Assembly: GCF_004010195.1 (NCBI RefSeq)
Contig: NC_057719.1
Span: forward strand, 29,916,423 to 29,980,422
DNA length: 64,000 nucleotides
Source of the DNA: Chiloscyllium plagiosum
Lineage: Eukaryota
Direction: 5' to 3'
Below are positions 25,119 through 39,100 of this stretch, piece after piece. The notes under the pieces were generated by a model. It ran no database searches, was not told the DNA's origin, and worked only from the letters and a program-made list of their open reading frames with translations. How positions within the stretch are numbered: position 1 is the first letter of the stretch; every line of letters starts with the position of its first letter. Both the position numbers and the translations under genes were made by a program.

Positions 25119-26844
25119 ATTTTTTTTTCTGGAAATTGCATTCATTCCTTGTTTTTCTTTTCTTTCTCAACTTTCATGACCCTGAAAGCTTTACTTTCCT
25201 ACCAGTTTTCCTCCTCATATCTTCTCTTCTTTTGTCATTGATTTCTTCCTGGGGTAAAATTCCATTATGCTGATCCATTTCTTGTACTATTCACATATGA
25301 GCCTTGATGGTTGTTGACAGAATATCTAACCATGATCAGCATCACAGTAAGACTATTTTGCTGTCTCTTCTTGCCAGCTTCACACATTTGTGTATGATAT
25401 ACTAATCCAACGCTTCCAGAGGACGTGCATGATATACATTGTGTTATTTTGGCCAAAAACTGGATTGGTATTGTACCTTGCTTAGATGTATTTAAAGCCA
25501 TCACCAGTGCTACTCTTAATCCAGTATTTTCAACTGATGTCATTGCATGTTGTTCCCAGCATTATCATAAATAATGGTAGTAAAGATTTATTTAGTACAA
25601 ATAATTAATTGAAAGTGTAAATAATTTTCCTTTAAGATTTGACCTTCATTGCTACTGATATTCATTCATGGTTTATTGTAATTGCATTTAGCTTAAAAAG
25701 AAGCATCCAATATGTTTCCCTAAATTGCCTGGCGCCAGTATGCTTCTGTTTTTTGGAAACTTGCTACTGTGCATTTTTAATTTCCTGCTCTATAAAATAG
25801 AGAGGGATGAAATACACAATTTTTAAAGTGTTTGAGTGTCCCTCTAATTTTTGTTTGTAAAATAGTTAAAAAATGTGAAAAGTTTATGAATTTATATCCT
25901 GTCATGTGCACAAATAGTGGAAGTATTTCAGTGAAATGACATCAGCCCATCTATTTGAAAACCACATCCCTCTGCAATTTAAGAATGAGAATGCTTAGCT
26001 GTATCAAATTAAGTTTCCATTTCCTGATTCCTGACTTATAGAGGGACTTTAAAGTTAAATACACCTTTGTTTTTTTTTAAATGGCTCTTAAAATTCAAAC
26101 AGGGCATTTCTAATAATTACAGCATAGCAGTCAGTCTTTGGGTCAGTGGAATTGTGTACAGTACCTTGAAGTTAGATGGGCATGTAAAGTTTCCAGTTTT
26201 ATATCCCTGATGGTGACACTAGAGCTTCGGTTGTTAAAGTTAATGCAGAGCCTTCCTTTTTAAATGCTCTTCTATGACAGTGAGTAGAATCTGACATGCC
26301 TATAATATTCAGTGGGACAGTACTGGAAAAAGCATCCATGAAAGGTAGACTAAATTATTCACTAGCACTTTAAATGAAGAACTAGAAATAGGCATGTAGA
26401 ATTATTAGGGAAAGCCACATTTGGCATGACCAATTGTTGAATTTCCTGTTACACTCTGTTGTTAAGTAGGCAAATATTAGATGTATATTATAGTAGCTCC
26501 CTAAAATGGGTAGAGAAAAGATTAGTGGCAATACCATTGCTGGCTTGTTCTTGTACACATCCGTAAGACCAGCCAAAGAGCATTTTAAGCAAGGTGTAGT
26601 TTCAGAATGCTTGCCCACCAACTTGATGGCTATGAGATTAAAAAGTCCATTTGCAACAAGAATCTGTTTTACGAGGATGCATTTTCAGTCTAGCTCTTCC
26701 TTCCTCGACATACAACTGAGCTTTTAAAAATGCAAAACTTAACAGATGTGGTGTTGATAATAAACTTGATGTACTATTACAGCAGCAAAAAAAAAACTTT
26801 GGGTGCTCACTGAGCATATTTTCTGTCTGCATTTATGATTGCAG

Positions 26845-27657
26845 AAGAGTCTGATTCACAGATTGAAGCTGCTTACCATTTTCTGGAGGAGGAACACCCT
26901 GTTGCCAGCAAGACATCAGAGCAAACTCAGTGTTTTTCTTTAAATACCACAGAAGAAGAGACCTCCCCAAGTGCTGCCTTAACAAAATTAGATGAGTCTG
27001 CACAGAATTTGTCAAATCTACCAGCAATGACATTAGATCTAGAGGCCAGCAGTGCTGAATCTGGAGATTCTGAGATAGAGGTAGTACCAGATGAATCACT
27101 GTCTGTGGAAGAAGCAGAAGATTGCAGCTATATGGCATTCAGACAGGCTGGTGGGACTCCACCTTCTTCCGTTTCTTCGGTCCAGTATAGCATCTTGAGG
27201 GAGGAACGTGAAGCTGAGCTTGACAGTGAGCTCATCATTGATCCATATGATGTTTCATCAGCATCTGAAGAGAGTCTCCAAAGAGAACAAGGCTCCCCTA
27301 TGAAATCTAATAGCATGGGGAAAGAGTCTGCTGAAAAAGCCTTGATAATGGACAACCAGCAAGAATCAGATCATCAGTCAAGTCAATTAGCTGAGTATGC
27401 TGCAACTTCTATTCTCAAAGGTTCTAATGGAACTGAGGTAGCCACTATTGAGCCCCTTATCCCCCTCGATTATACAGAAGCTTTCATTACACCTGAAGTA
27501 GTAGTTGAAGAACCATCTTCTGAAGAAGTCTCTGAAGAAACAGCTGGAAAAATAAGTGATAGCAAATCCTCAGACAGAGCCAAGACTGGAAAAGATTTCG
27601 ACAACAGCCAGCCTATTACTTCTGAGCAGTTTCTACTGGTACTCAATAAGAAATCAG
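26845..27657 (+). CDS. RTN1: Reticulon-1A-like internal coding exon (equivalent to RTN1 exon 3), 813 bp, phase 1-1
   Basis: Acceptor ttgcag at 26844, donor cag|gtaac at 27657/8, in frame with the upstream exon; encodes EASSAESGDSEIE, QYSILREEREAELDSELII, SSASEES..REQGSP; ends LVLNKKS where human has LFLNKQK just before the RHD exon. Confidence 0.9.
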
Positions 27658-27730
27658 GTAACTTTCGCCATTAGTCTGATATTAATAATTTATTTTAAAC
27701 CATCTTCAAATGTCACTAATTTAAAGTTGA

Positions 27731-28139
27731 AAATCACAACACCAGGTTATAGTCCAACAGGTTTAATTGGAAGCACACTAGCTTTCGGAGCGACGCTCCT
27801 GTATCATGTGATAGTGGAGGGCTCGATCGTAACACAGAATTTATAGCAAAAATTTGCAGTGTGATGTAACTGAAATTATACATTGAAAAATTGATTGTCT
27901 GTTAAGCCTTTCATCTGTTAGAATACAGTGATAGTTTCACTTCTTTCATGTGTAAATCAACTGCAAATTTTTGCTATAAATTCTGTGTTACGATCGAGCC
28001 CCCCACTACAACCTGATGAAGGAGCATCACTCCGAAAGCTAGTGTGCTTCCAATGAAACCTGTTGGACTATAACCTGGTGTTGGGTGTTGTGATTTTTAA
28101 CTTTGTACACCCCAGTCCAACACCGGCATCTCCAAATCA
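27731..28139. mobile_element. Fold-back Penelope-like element (family B), about 130-bp inverted arms, about 100-bp spacer, 3' extension
   Basis: Arms about 27731-27860 / 27960-28100; perfect 14-bp TSD taatttaaagttga (27717-30 / 28140-53). Confidence 0.88.
28009..28046 (+). ncRNA. Minimal type I hammerhead ribozyme motif
   Basis: CUGAUGA 28013-19, stem II GGAG-cauca-CUCC, GAAA 28034-37, palindromic AGCU stem III, CUA triplet ending 28041. Confidence 0.7.
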
Positions 28140-31100
28140 TAATTTAAAGTTGATAATGCATCTGTTCACAACTTGCCTTTTAGAAGTCTTCAAAGCATTG
28201 CTTGACATTGGTTGCATATTTAATTACTTAATATTATTTTATGTTAATCTTTGTTAATTTCCGCAGACTGATTTTTCTCTCCTGCTCCCTATCCCTACCA
28301 TGACCTAGTGTCCACCATCTCTAGAATTTAAGTATGATGTGTAATGCCTATCAACCATTCAGGTAAAGTAAACTAAGTGAAATGCAAACATTTGAATTAT
28401 TTATGAGGCAGTGCACTTAACTAACAGCCATTTATCAAATGCAACTTTTGAAAATGTTTTCAAAGGTCTCACTCTTGGGCACAGCTAACATTAATGTGTA
28501 AAGTTATCTCTCTTGTTAAAGATTTGAATGCTAGTAAAGTAACTGTCAATCTCTGCTTATCTACTGTAATTAGTAAAATTGCTGTCTGATTAATTGGATA
28601 AAGCAGGGGTAAAGATCGTTCTGGATAATGAATTTTTAATGTGTATTTCAACTTGAAAACTGTCTTTATTTAACTACACGAGAATATGCTTTTTAAAACA
28701 TTATCAAATCAATAAAAGGTCACCTTTTCTGGCTTCTACCCAGTGTTGGAAAGGACTAGGCCATTCAGCCCTTCAATTCAGTCAGATCACAGTAAATCTA
28801 TGCCTTAAATCCATTCACTAACCTTAGCTCCACATTATTTTTGTATCCTTGTCTGATTAAAAAACTTTCAATTTCAGATTTAATATCATTGATTTTTGCA
28901 GCATAGTTTCATAGTTTTGCCAGACTTCACATGAATGTGTTTCCTAACTTCACTCTTGGAAAAGCTGGCTTTGATTTTAAATTTGTCCCCTTGTTCCAGT
29001 CTCCCCTATCAGTGAAAAACATTTCTGTTTACGCTTTCAGTTTTTTTTGTAAGATTCAAAAACCTCAAACAAATCAGACCTTAACATTCTTTCCTCCATG
29101 GAATAGAAGTCTGGTTATTCTTCCATCATAATCTAACCCTTGGAAACACAATATCATAAGGATGAATTTATGCTACTTTCCTTCAAAGGGCATATTATTT
29201 CTAAGGTATATTGCCCTGAGCTGAACATAGTACTCTAGATAGACTTCATACAGCTATAACAAATCTACTTTCCCTTCAATTTCTACTCCTCTAATTATAT
29301 GGACTCAGGCCTGCATTTTGTTCCCATGTCAAAGCACTGTTGGGACAAGTCCATGATTTACAAGCTCACCCCAGGTAACGATGCCTTGGAAGTTGCAATT
29401 TTCATTCTTGGCTGGTAGGGTTACCTGAGAAATTAGGTAGTTGACCCCTAAAACACCGAAGAATGTTGGGTGTGGAGATAACTCAGCGGAAGGTCTCCTG
29501 CTTCCATATGCTAGTTCTGCATTGAAGTTCAAGAAAAGAATAAAGCATAAAACAACTCTCCAACCCTTAGTAATCACATAGCCACACACTCCTAATGCTT
29601 CATATATACCATTTATGTATCCACCCCTTGCATCCTCCATTGCATTCTATGCCTTGTACCCAACCCCCATGGTCCTTTTATTGGTAATGTGCCAGCTCAT
29701 ACCCCTTTCTCAAACTCTTGTGACCCTTTGTAGTGCCTGTGTCAATTCACTGCTAATTCATGCCATACCATACTTCCTACTCACCCCTTTAACCTCATTT
29801 CTGCCATATGTATTTACTCCATATTCTCAGTGGTGGCAGTACCACTGTGCTACAAGAGCCCTGAGAGGATGAGGGAAAGGTATAAAGTGCAAAGAACATT
29901 ACCTGCTCTCAATTAACTCTGGAGCTGTTCCAGTTTACACTGGTCCTGCCTTTTTTCCATTGTCATTAACCAAGTCATTCATAGCTATAGTGAAGAGTTT
30001 AGACTCCACCAAAAACCTTGTAGGACACTTCTCTTCTAATAGTTTATGCCTGTTATTCCTAATCTTTATCTTCTACTAACTAACCAATGTCCTGTTTAGG
30101 TTAATAATTTGCTTTCCCTTCGATGAGCTTTAATTTTATCTTGCAGTTTTGAATGACTTGCCTTATTGAATGTTTTGTGGACATCCATATGTATTATAGT
30201 CATAAACATTCTCATATCAATTATTGAGTTATTCCTCAAAACATTCAGTTAAGCTCATCAAACATTACTGACCCTTTACAAATACATGTTTGGTTCTTTC
30301 CAAATAGCTCAAATTTCCCAATATGTTCACTCACTCTGCCCTTAATTATAGATTCCAATAATTTCCCTGCAACAGATGCTAGACTAGCAAGTCTATTATT
30401 TCCTGTTTGAGATGCATGCACCCATCCAGACATATACATTTCCATACATTGACTGGCCTGGATATTTTAACATTGCATTGGCAAAGATCTGGCAGGGGCC
30501 CATCTCTTGGCAAGGTCTTGCACCAGCGATAGTGTGAGAAAAGCTAAGCATTTTTAGAGTAAAGGTCTGCTGTGTATGCTTTACCTTTGTGATTGTCTTT
30601 GGCAGTACCCAGGAATCCCCTCCCAAACTCTCTGATCTGAGGCAGCTGAAAAAGCTATGTTTAATCCCATGGTAAATCTAATATTAACCTCTTGATTTAT
30701 CAGAGGGTTACAAGGACAGGAATGTGAAGTGAAAAGACTAAAATGTCTCATTTCTCTTCATTTTGCATCATAATGGGTCCACACATGGTAGTTTCACAGT
30801 TTCCTTCACCTCAGAAATTCTGGGATTCTATAAGGAATTTAGTGAAACCACAAATTCTGAGTGTCATACAGTGGAATGAAGATTCCTCAAGAGCAAACTT
30901 CAAGAAAAGGGGATTTAGATATTGTGTACACCAATTCTTCTTTAGTTGAAGCAAAATTATTTCTCTTTCATCTCCAATATAATTTTGAGAAAATGACAGG
31001 TCTTTGTGATACAAATATGACTGAATTAATGTGACTAAAGTAGGAATACAATGTGACTGTAAGAAATACACTACTATACCAAGCAAATACATTTATTTGT

Positions 31101-31492
31101 ATGATTTTGCTTTGCTGTTACATACTTTTAAATTATTTGTTCGAATTCCTAGAAACCTCTGTTCATACATTTTTTCCTCATTCCATATTTATTGGACCTT
31201 TCTTAGAAAGTCCATTGTTTCATATTGTTTTGCAGTAAAACGATCTTTCATAATTTACTTTGATGTTCACAAGCTCTGCTTTAATTGCACCAGAAAGTTC
31301 CAATATCATGTTCCCAATGCCCAAGTGCAAGAAGCCATCAAGAATAAAAATGGACCCATCACTAACCATTGAAATACACCCTTCCCTGCCCTTCTTCAAT
31401 GCAAGCTTTTTAATTAAAAAGATGAAGTTATTAACACATCTAAGATAAATGGTTACAGCCCATGTTAATGTACTGGACAAAGCAATTTTATT

Positions 31493-31683
31493 CTGGATTA
31501 GTGGTGCTGGAAGAGCACAGCAGTTCAGGCAGCATCCAAGGAGCTTCGAAATCGATGTTTCAGGCTAAAGCCCTTGCCCAAAATGTCGATTTCGAAGCTC
31601 CTTGGATGCTGCCTGAACTGCTGTGCTCTTCCAGCACCACTAATCCAGAATCTGGTTTCCAGCATCGCAGTCATTGTTTTTAC
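31493..31683. mobile_element. Fold-back Penelope-like element with perfect 65-bp inverted repeat
   Basis: 31491-31555 is the exact reverse complement of 31586-31650; perfect 15-bp TSD caaagcaattttatt (31478-92 / 31684-98); hammerhead core deleted at the centre. Confidence 0.9.
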
Positions 31684-32490
31684 CAAAGCAATTTTATTGT
31701 GATATTGTAAGTCTAACTTATTAATTTCTAACAAAGTAAAATCATGGTTACTGGATGACAATTTATAACTGAAATATCAGGACACACAGTGTGAATTTAT
31801 ACTGACATATACATGGTGATGATGATATTGTTGTCTTTGTGCATGCACTTGCTTCATAGGTTGCATGCACCTGGTAATGACCAGTAAAAAGCTTTCCATT
31901 GATTGTCAAAATACACAAATAAGTTACTCTTAGCTATATCTGTTGGTCTTCATCATTTGGATAATATAAACAGCCCATATTCAAAGCAATAGAGAGCATC
32001 TATTGATCTATCCATACCATTACATTGCTTCCCTAAAAGATAATCGATGAAGCACATAGTATTTTAACAAACCACAATCAATAATAGAGTTTTTGCCACA
32101 CCACCAATTATAAGGATGTCTGGGATGTGGAATGGAAAAATGGGTGGCTGTTCATTCATCATGAGAAAAAGATCTGATTGCTTCTTTCTTAATTGTAATA
32201 CTGACAGTCCATCAATAGTCTTTCCAAGTTTTGTTTTACCATAATACTAGCCATTAAATCAGATCATTGCTTTCACTTTAGTACTGAGTCATATAATTAT
32301 TACTTCTGTTTAGGAAAGCTTGAGAAGCAGAATTTTCAAAGCAAAATTTTTACGTCTTCTATGGGAGATTTCGAGGGGGGATTGCTCAGAAGTAATAACT
32401 TGAGAATTGCTTGACAAACAAAAACTAAGGTCCATTTAGTTTGCCTTCCAGCTTAGCAGTAGTCACATAATAATGAAATTGACTAATAGC

Positions 32491-32618
32491 TTTCCTGATG
32501 AAGGGCTTTTGCCTGAAACGTAAATTTTCCTGCTCCTTGGATGCTGCCTGACCTGCTGTGCATTTCCAGCACCACACCTTCAACTCTAATCTCCAGCATC
32601 TGCAGTCCTCAGTTTCAT
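32491..32618 (+). mobile_element. Short Penelope-like element beginning at its hammerhead motif
   Basis: CUGAUGA 32495-501, GGGC-UUUU-GCCU, GAAA-CG-UA ending 32522; TSD ctaatagc (32483-90 / 32619-26). Confidence 0.8.
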
Positions 32619-33395
32619 CTAATAGCAATTAATGTTTATCAATTATTCTGCAGCTGATCCAGACATAACACAAGAAAACATCTGCTAGGGAAAATCTTTG
32701 GAAAGTGTGGGTCCAACATCACCTACTCAAGTGTTTTTCATTTGCGTATGTCATGTTTTAAATTAGTCATCAACTTAGAACAAAATGTGATTTCTTGAAA
32801 GAAATATTAGCCAATTTATATTTGAATGCATCAATGCTAATGGCTTCACTGTCTCCCCATAGATTTGCCAAGAGCTCACAGAAATAATGTTGCTGCAAAT
32901 TCATGTTGAATTCACCCCTCCTCAAAACAGGTCATGTCTTTCAGCACTACTGTTCTTGTCTGCATAATGTAATCCCTTTGAGTCATAAAATCAACCATCA
33001 TGTTTCCTGCTAATCTACCCCTTTACATTGACAATATGTCCAGTAGCTCTTCATATTCCAGACCCCATAAACCCTCAGATATTCTGGTTTCCTGGCTTCT
33101 GTATCCTTACAATTACTAACATTTTATCACTTTTGCAACTAGAAGAGATACAGTATCCCGAGTGCATTGACATCAATGATTTATAAAATAACTGAATTAC
33201 TGCACTGTTTTGATTCAAAATTCAGGTGAAGGCATCCATAATTAGATAGTGAGCACCCTTTTGGCTACTTTTAACCTGGTCAGTCCAGGAAAAATTGGTG
33301 TTGGGTGACTGCTGACGACATGGTACATGGTAGCGACTTGAATTTGATGCCCAAAATCAAATTGGAAAATCCTGCCCAGGATTCTTTTCAATCAG

Positions 33396-33568
33396 AATTG
33401 AAAGACCCGCGGATGCTCTAAATCGGAAACAAAAACAGAAATTGCTGGAAAATCTCAGCAGGTCTAGCAGCATCTATGAAGGGTCATCAAACCCAAAACA
33501 TTAACTTTGATTCCTCTTCACAGATGCTGCTAGACCTGCTGAGCGTTTACAACAATTTCTGTTTTTGT
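33396..33568. mobile_element. Fold-back Penelope-like element with truncated hammerhead remnant
   Basis: About 50-bp inverted arms gaaacaaaaacagaaattgctgg..cagcatct / agatgctgctag..gtttttgtttc; flanks ttcttttcaatcag (33382-95) / ttcttttaaatcag (33569-82). Confidence 0.75.
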
Positions 33569-34821
33569 TTCTTTTAAATCAGTTTGTGTACCTGAGACCA
33601 GATATAATGCTAACCTGAAAATGAACCGAAAGCATCTATCAAAATATTTAAATGAAATTATAGATACATTATGAAGAGTGATTTGATTAGTCTGTTAAGA
33701 AGGTTGCTATTCTACCAGACATTCACATTTTGTATTAAACAGTAAGTTTATTCTAAACAAATGAACCAAAAGGAAGTTAAAAAATTGGCACAATTTTATG
33801 ACATAATATAAAAGATTTAGAATTAAAATTGGGATGTGCTTTATTTTTCTGGTATTTGAACTGTGAAGCTTTGGGGAATACACTGCCTTTTCACTTCTGA
33901 GATGTAGTGCCACATTTCCTTCCCAAGTGGTTGATCAAGTTTCCTTTTACTATCGGTTGAAGTGATCCCATTTCATAATTTATTGGTTAACAGTTTAAAA
34001 CTTTAGTACTTTGACTTAAGTCTTCCCTAAATTGGGGACATCTGGATGGTTGGTATGGGATTTGTTTTATAATTGTGACAATGTTAATTACATCAATATT
34101 ATGCTACATTTTAGAACACAGTAAATTGAGCCCTACAGTAAAGCTGCAAACAATATAAATTTTCATAAACATATTTTGAGTCAAACTATGTTTAATTTAA
34201 TTGAGAAATTAGACTCGAGGTGAAAGCTATTTTTTATGTTGCAATTCATGAATGCCACGTAGTTGACATGAAAATGTTGCCTTTAATTCTGAATATACTT
34301 GGATCTTTAGAGCATACAAAGTGGTAGAAATAGAAGCAGGAGTATATCATAGACTTTAAGAGCTTGCTCCATCATTTAATAAAATCATGACTGATCTTAG
34401 GCTTCAACTTTTCTCTCTATTCATTGATTCTTTGAGATTTTGAAAAAAACCTTTCTATCCCAGCCTTCTCTCTATTCTAAAATAGCTTCCACACCTCTGG
34501 AGTACAGAATTCCAAAGATTTACCATCTTTTGAGTGAACTAGCTTCAATTAATCTTGTCTTAAATGATTAGCCCCTTATATTGAACATTGTGTCCCTTAT
34601 TCTAGATTCCCTGACCAATGGACACAATCTCTCAGCAACCACCACATCAAGCCCCTTCAGAATCTTGTACATTTCAATGAGGCTGCTTCCCATTCTTCTA
34701 AACTCCAAGGAATATAGACTCCGTTTACTCAGCTCATTGTCAACTGATAACCCTCTCTCTTTGTATCATCAGGACATAGATTTAATAGGCTGTCTATTCA
34801 TGAAAACCATTTATATATGTT

Positions 34822-35134
34822 TTAGATTGCTTACAGTGTGGAAACAGGCCCTTCAGCCCAACAAGTCCACACCAACCCTGTGAAGAGCAACCCACCCACA
34901 CCCATTCCCCTGCATTTACTCCTTCACCTAACACTACAGGCAATTTAGCATGGCCAGTTCATCTAACGTGCACATTTTTTTGGACTGTGGGAGGAAACCG
35001 GAGCATCCGGAGGAAACCCACGCAGACACGGGAGAATGTGCAAACTCCACACAGACAGTAGCCTGAGGCGGGAATTGAACCCAGGTCTTTGGCGCTGTGA
35101 GGCAGCAGTGCTAACCACTGTGCCACCGTGCCGC
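34822..35134 (-). mobile_element. HE1 V-SINE
   Basis: Minus strand gcggcacggtggcacagtggttagcactgctgcctcacagcgcc..ggttcaattccc head (A/B boxes), V-domain, tail gaagggcctgtttccacactgtaagcaatcta. Confidence 0.9.
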
Positions 35135-36199
35135 ACAGAAAGTAGGTGTTGTAAGTAGCTGAGATGCCACCACTGATCTTTGCACCACTCAAGCCTACTA
35201 CAGCCAAAATTGAAACCATTTTCAATTATAGTCTTGCTTAAGTGCTTGCTAGAGACGTGTAGGAAGGAGTGATGATGGGACAAATTTGAGGAGACCTAAG
35301 GGGGAATGAATGATGGCTCAGATGTCCTACTCATTTATAGCCTGTCCAGAGCTGCAGAACGATTATTCAATGGCAGGATCCTCAAATGGAAACCAACTTC
35401 TGCTATTTACACATGTTTTGTGTGCCAGACCTTTAAGATTTCATATGAATTGTATGGGTGTTAGTTTCTGGCACAAAAGCAGAAGTGACGGCCAGTTATG
35501 GTTCTGCTTATTAGAAAAGGCATGCATAGATTAAATTCTGCCTTATGTGTCTAGTTAAGAAAAAGGCTGCATATAACAAAACAGCTTGATGATGAATTGT
35601 GGCCTTTGTACTACAGAGGATTGAGTTAAGTTGACAGTTTATGCATTGAAATGTTATAATGTTTAGGAAAAATTAAAATTTCTATTAGATCAGCTACTAC
35701 CAGTCTATTTTAGAAAAGGAAGCTGAATAAAGTGAAATTATGAACTGTTCGTCTTAAAATGATAGATTATTTCAGCTCTATCCAGGCTATTCAGTCCACT
35801 GCCTCTGTGCGACTTCTCAGTAATTCACTGGATCCCAGTACCCAGCCTTTTCCCTAAAATGTTTTCTATTTAAACGAGAATGAAATCATTAACTGAATGT
35901 GGTGATTTAATGTATTTCCACCACACTCTCAGGCAGTTAATTACAGATTCTAGCCATTTGCATTTCCTCCTGATGTCATAACAAATGAAATGATAGTGTC
36001 AGAAGTAAATGTTCTTAAGCTGTGTCTCCTATTTTCTGATCCTTCTGTCAACGGATAGTTTCTCACAAAATACTCTGTCCTGACCCATCATGTGTTTGCA
36101 TCATGAAGAAAAAGTATTCTGTGAACTTCAAGAATGTTGGAACTCATGCTGCAAGCATAATGTAAGATCACAGCCAAATTACTGGGTTTGTGGGTTGTG

Positions 36200-39100
36200 A
36201 ACATCAATGACTGGGCGAGCTTTAATTGCCCATTCCAACTGCAAGAAGGTGATAGTGAGTTGCCTTCTTGAACTTATGCAGTACTTGGAATGTATATACA
36301 CCTACATTACTGTTAAGAAAGGAGTGCCAGAACTTTCTTACCATGACCAAGAATAATTGGCAATATAGTTCCAAGTCGGGTTAGTGCATAGTTTGGACAG
36401 GAACTTGCAGATGATGATGTTCCCATATATCTGTCACTCTTATTCTTCTAGATGGCAGAGATCATAGATTTAGTGGGTATTAATAAGGAGTTTTGAAATG
36501 GTACACACTACTGCCACTGTGCATATGTGATGAAAGGGATCAATGTTAATGGTGGTGAATGTGGTGCTAATTAAGCTGGCTGCTTAGTCCTGGATGGAAT
36601 AAAGTTTCTTGAGTGTTTTCAAGCTGTATTTATTCAGAAACGTGGAGAGTATTCCATCTAATCTCTGACTTCAGCCTTGTAGACAGAGGACTGACACGGG
36701 ACAGGCAGTGAGTTACTCTTTTCAGAATTCATAGTCTGCAACTTGCTTTTATAGTCATAAAATGGCTGAACTACTCCAGTTTTGGTTAATGTAACCACCA
36801 GGGTAGTGTTGGATTCACTGATGGCAATGCCATTGAATATCAAGAAGAGATGGTTAGATTATCAATGGAAACCAATTCTTGATGTTGTCCAGGACTTGCT
36901 TCATAAAGGTTTCAGCTAGTTCAGTATCTAAGGTGTAGTGAACAGTGCTGAAAATGATGCAATGATCAATAAATACATCAATTTCTGTCCTTGTGATAGA
37001 GGGAAGGTCCATCGATGAAGCTGTGAAGATGGTTGGGTCTTGGACACTACACTGAGGAATTCCTGCAGACTATCCTGGGACTGAGATGACTGACTTCCAA
37101 TCACCACAATCGTCTGTCTTTGTCTCAGTATCACTACAACAAGTGGAAGTGTTTTCCATCTCATTTCTATTAGAGTCATAGACTCATGTAGATGTACAGC
37201 ACGGAAACAGACACTTCGGTCCACATCGTCCATGCCGACTAGACATCCTAACCTAATCTAGTCCCATTTGTCAGCACCCAGCCCATATCCCTCTAAAACC
37301 CTTCCTATTCATATACCCATCAGGTACCTTTTAAATGCTGCAATTGTACCACATCTTATGGCAGCTCATTTCATATATGCACCACCTTCTGTGTGAAAAG
37401 ATTGCCCCTTAGGTCTCTTTTATATCTTTCCCCGCTCATCCTAAACCTATGCTGTCTAATTCTGGACTCCCCCCACATGCCCCTCATAATTTTGTAAACC
37501 TCTATAAGGTCACCCCTCAGCCTCCGACGCTCCAGGGAAAACAGCCCAGCCTGTTCAGCCTCTCCCTGTAGCTCAAATCCTCCAACCCTGACAACATCCT
37601 TGTAAATCGTTTCTGAACCCTTTCAAGTTTGACATTATCCTTCCAATAGGAAGGAGACCAGAATTGCAGACAATATTCCAAAAGTGGCCTAATCAATGTC
37701 CTGTACAGCTGCACCATGACCTCCCAACTCCTAAACTCAATACTCTGACCAATAAAGGAAAGCATACTAAACACCTTCTTCACTATCCTATCTACCTGTG
37801 ACTCTACTTTCAAGGAACTATGAACCTGTACTCTAAGGTCTCTTTGTTCAACAATACTCATTGTGACCTTACCATTAAGTGTATAAGTCCTGCTAAGATT
37901 TGCTTTCCCAAAATGCAGCACCTCACATTTATCTAAATTAAACTTGATCTGCCACTTCTTAGCCCATTGGCCCATTTGATCAAGATTCTGTTGTAATTTG
38001 AGGCAACCTTCTTTGCTGTTCACTGTACACTGCTGTACACCTTCAGGTTTGGTGTCATCTGACTTACGAACTATACCTCCTATATTCACATCCATATCAT
38101 TTATATAAATGACAAAAACTAGTTGACCCAGCACCAATTATTGTGGCACTCCACTGGTCACAGGCTTCCAATCTGAAAAGCAACCTTCCACCATCACTCT
38201 CTGTCTTCTATCTTCGAGCCAGTTCTGTATCCAAATGGCTAGTTCTCTCTGTATTTCATGAGCTTTTACCTTGCTAACCAGTCTCCCATGGGGAACCTTG
38301 TTGAACACCTTTCTGAAGTCCATTTCAATCACATCCACCATTCTGCTCTCATCAATCCTCTTTGTGACTACTTCAAAAAACTCAATCAAGTTCATGAGAC
38401 ATGATTTCCCACACACAGGGCTATATTGACTATCCCTATTTGGTCCTTGCGTTTCCAAATACAAGTAAATCCTGTCCTTCAGGATTCCCTCCAACAACTT
38501 GCCTATCACCAACACCAGGCTCACCGGTCTATAGTTCCCTGGCTTTTCCTTACCACCCTTCTTAAATAGTGGCACCACGTTAGCCAACCTCCAGTCGTCC
38601 GGCACCTCACCTGTGACTATTGATACAAATATCTCAGCAAGGGGCCCAACAATTACTTCACGAGCTTCCCACAGAGTTCTGGGGTACAAATGATCAGGGG
38701 ATTTATCCACTTTCATGCATTGCAAGACATCCAGCACTTCCTCCTCTGTAACATGGACATTTTTCAAGATGTCACCATCTATTTCCTCACATTCTCTATC
38801 TTCCATTTCCTTCTCCACGGTAAACACTGATGCAAATTATTTGCTTAATGACTTCCCCATCTCCATAGGCTGCCATGCTGATCTGTGAGGGGCCCTATTT
38901 TCTCCCTAGTTACCCTTTTGACATTAATGTGTTTATAAAAGCCCTTTGGATTCTCCTTAATTCTATTTGCCAAAGCTATCTCATGTCCCCTTTTTGCCCT
39001 CCTGATTCCCCTCTTAAGTATACTCCTACTGCCTTTATACTGTTCTCAGGATTCTCTCGATCTATCCTATCTGTACCTGACTTATGCTTCTTTCTTTTTC

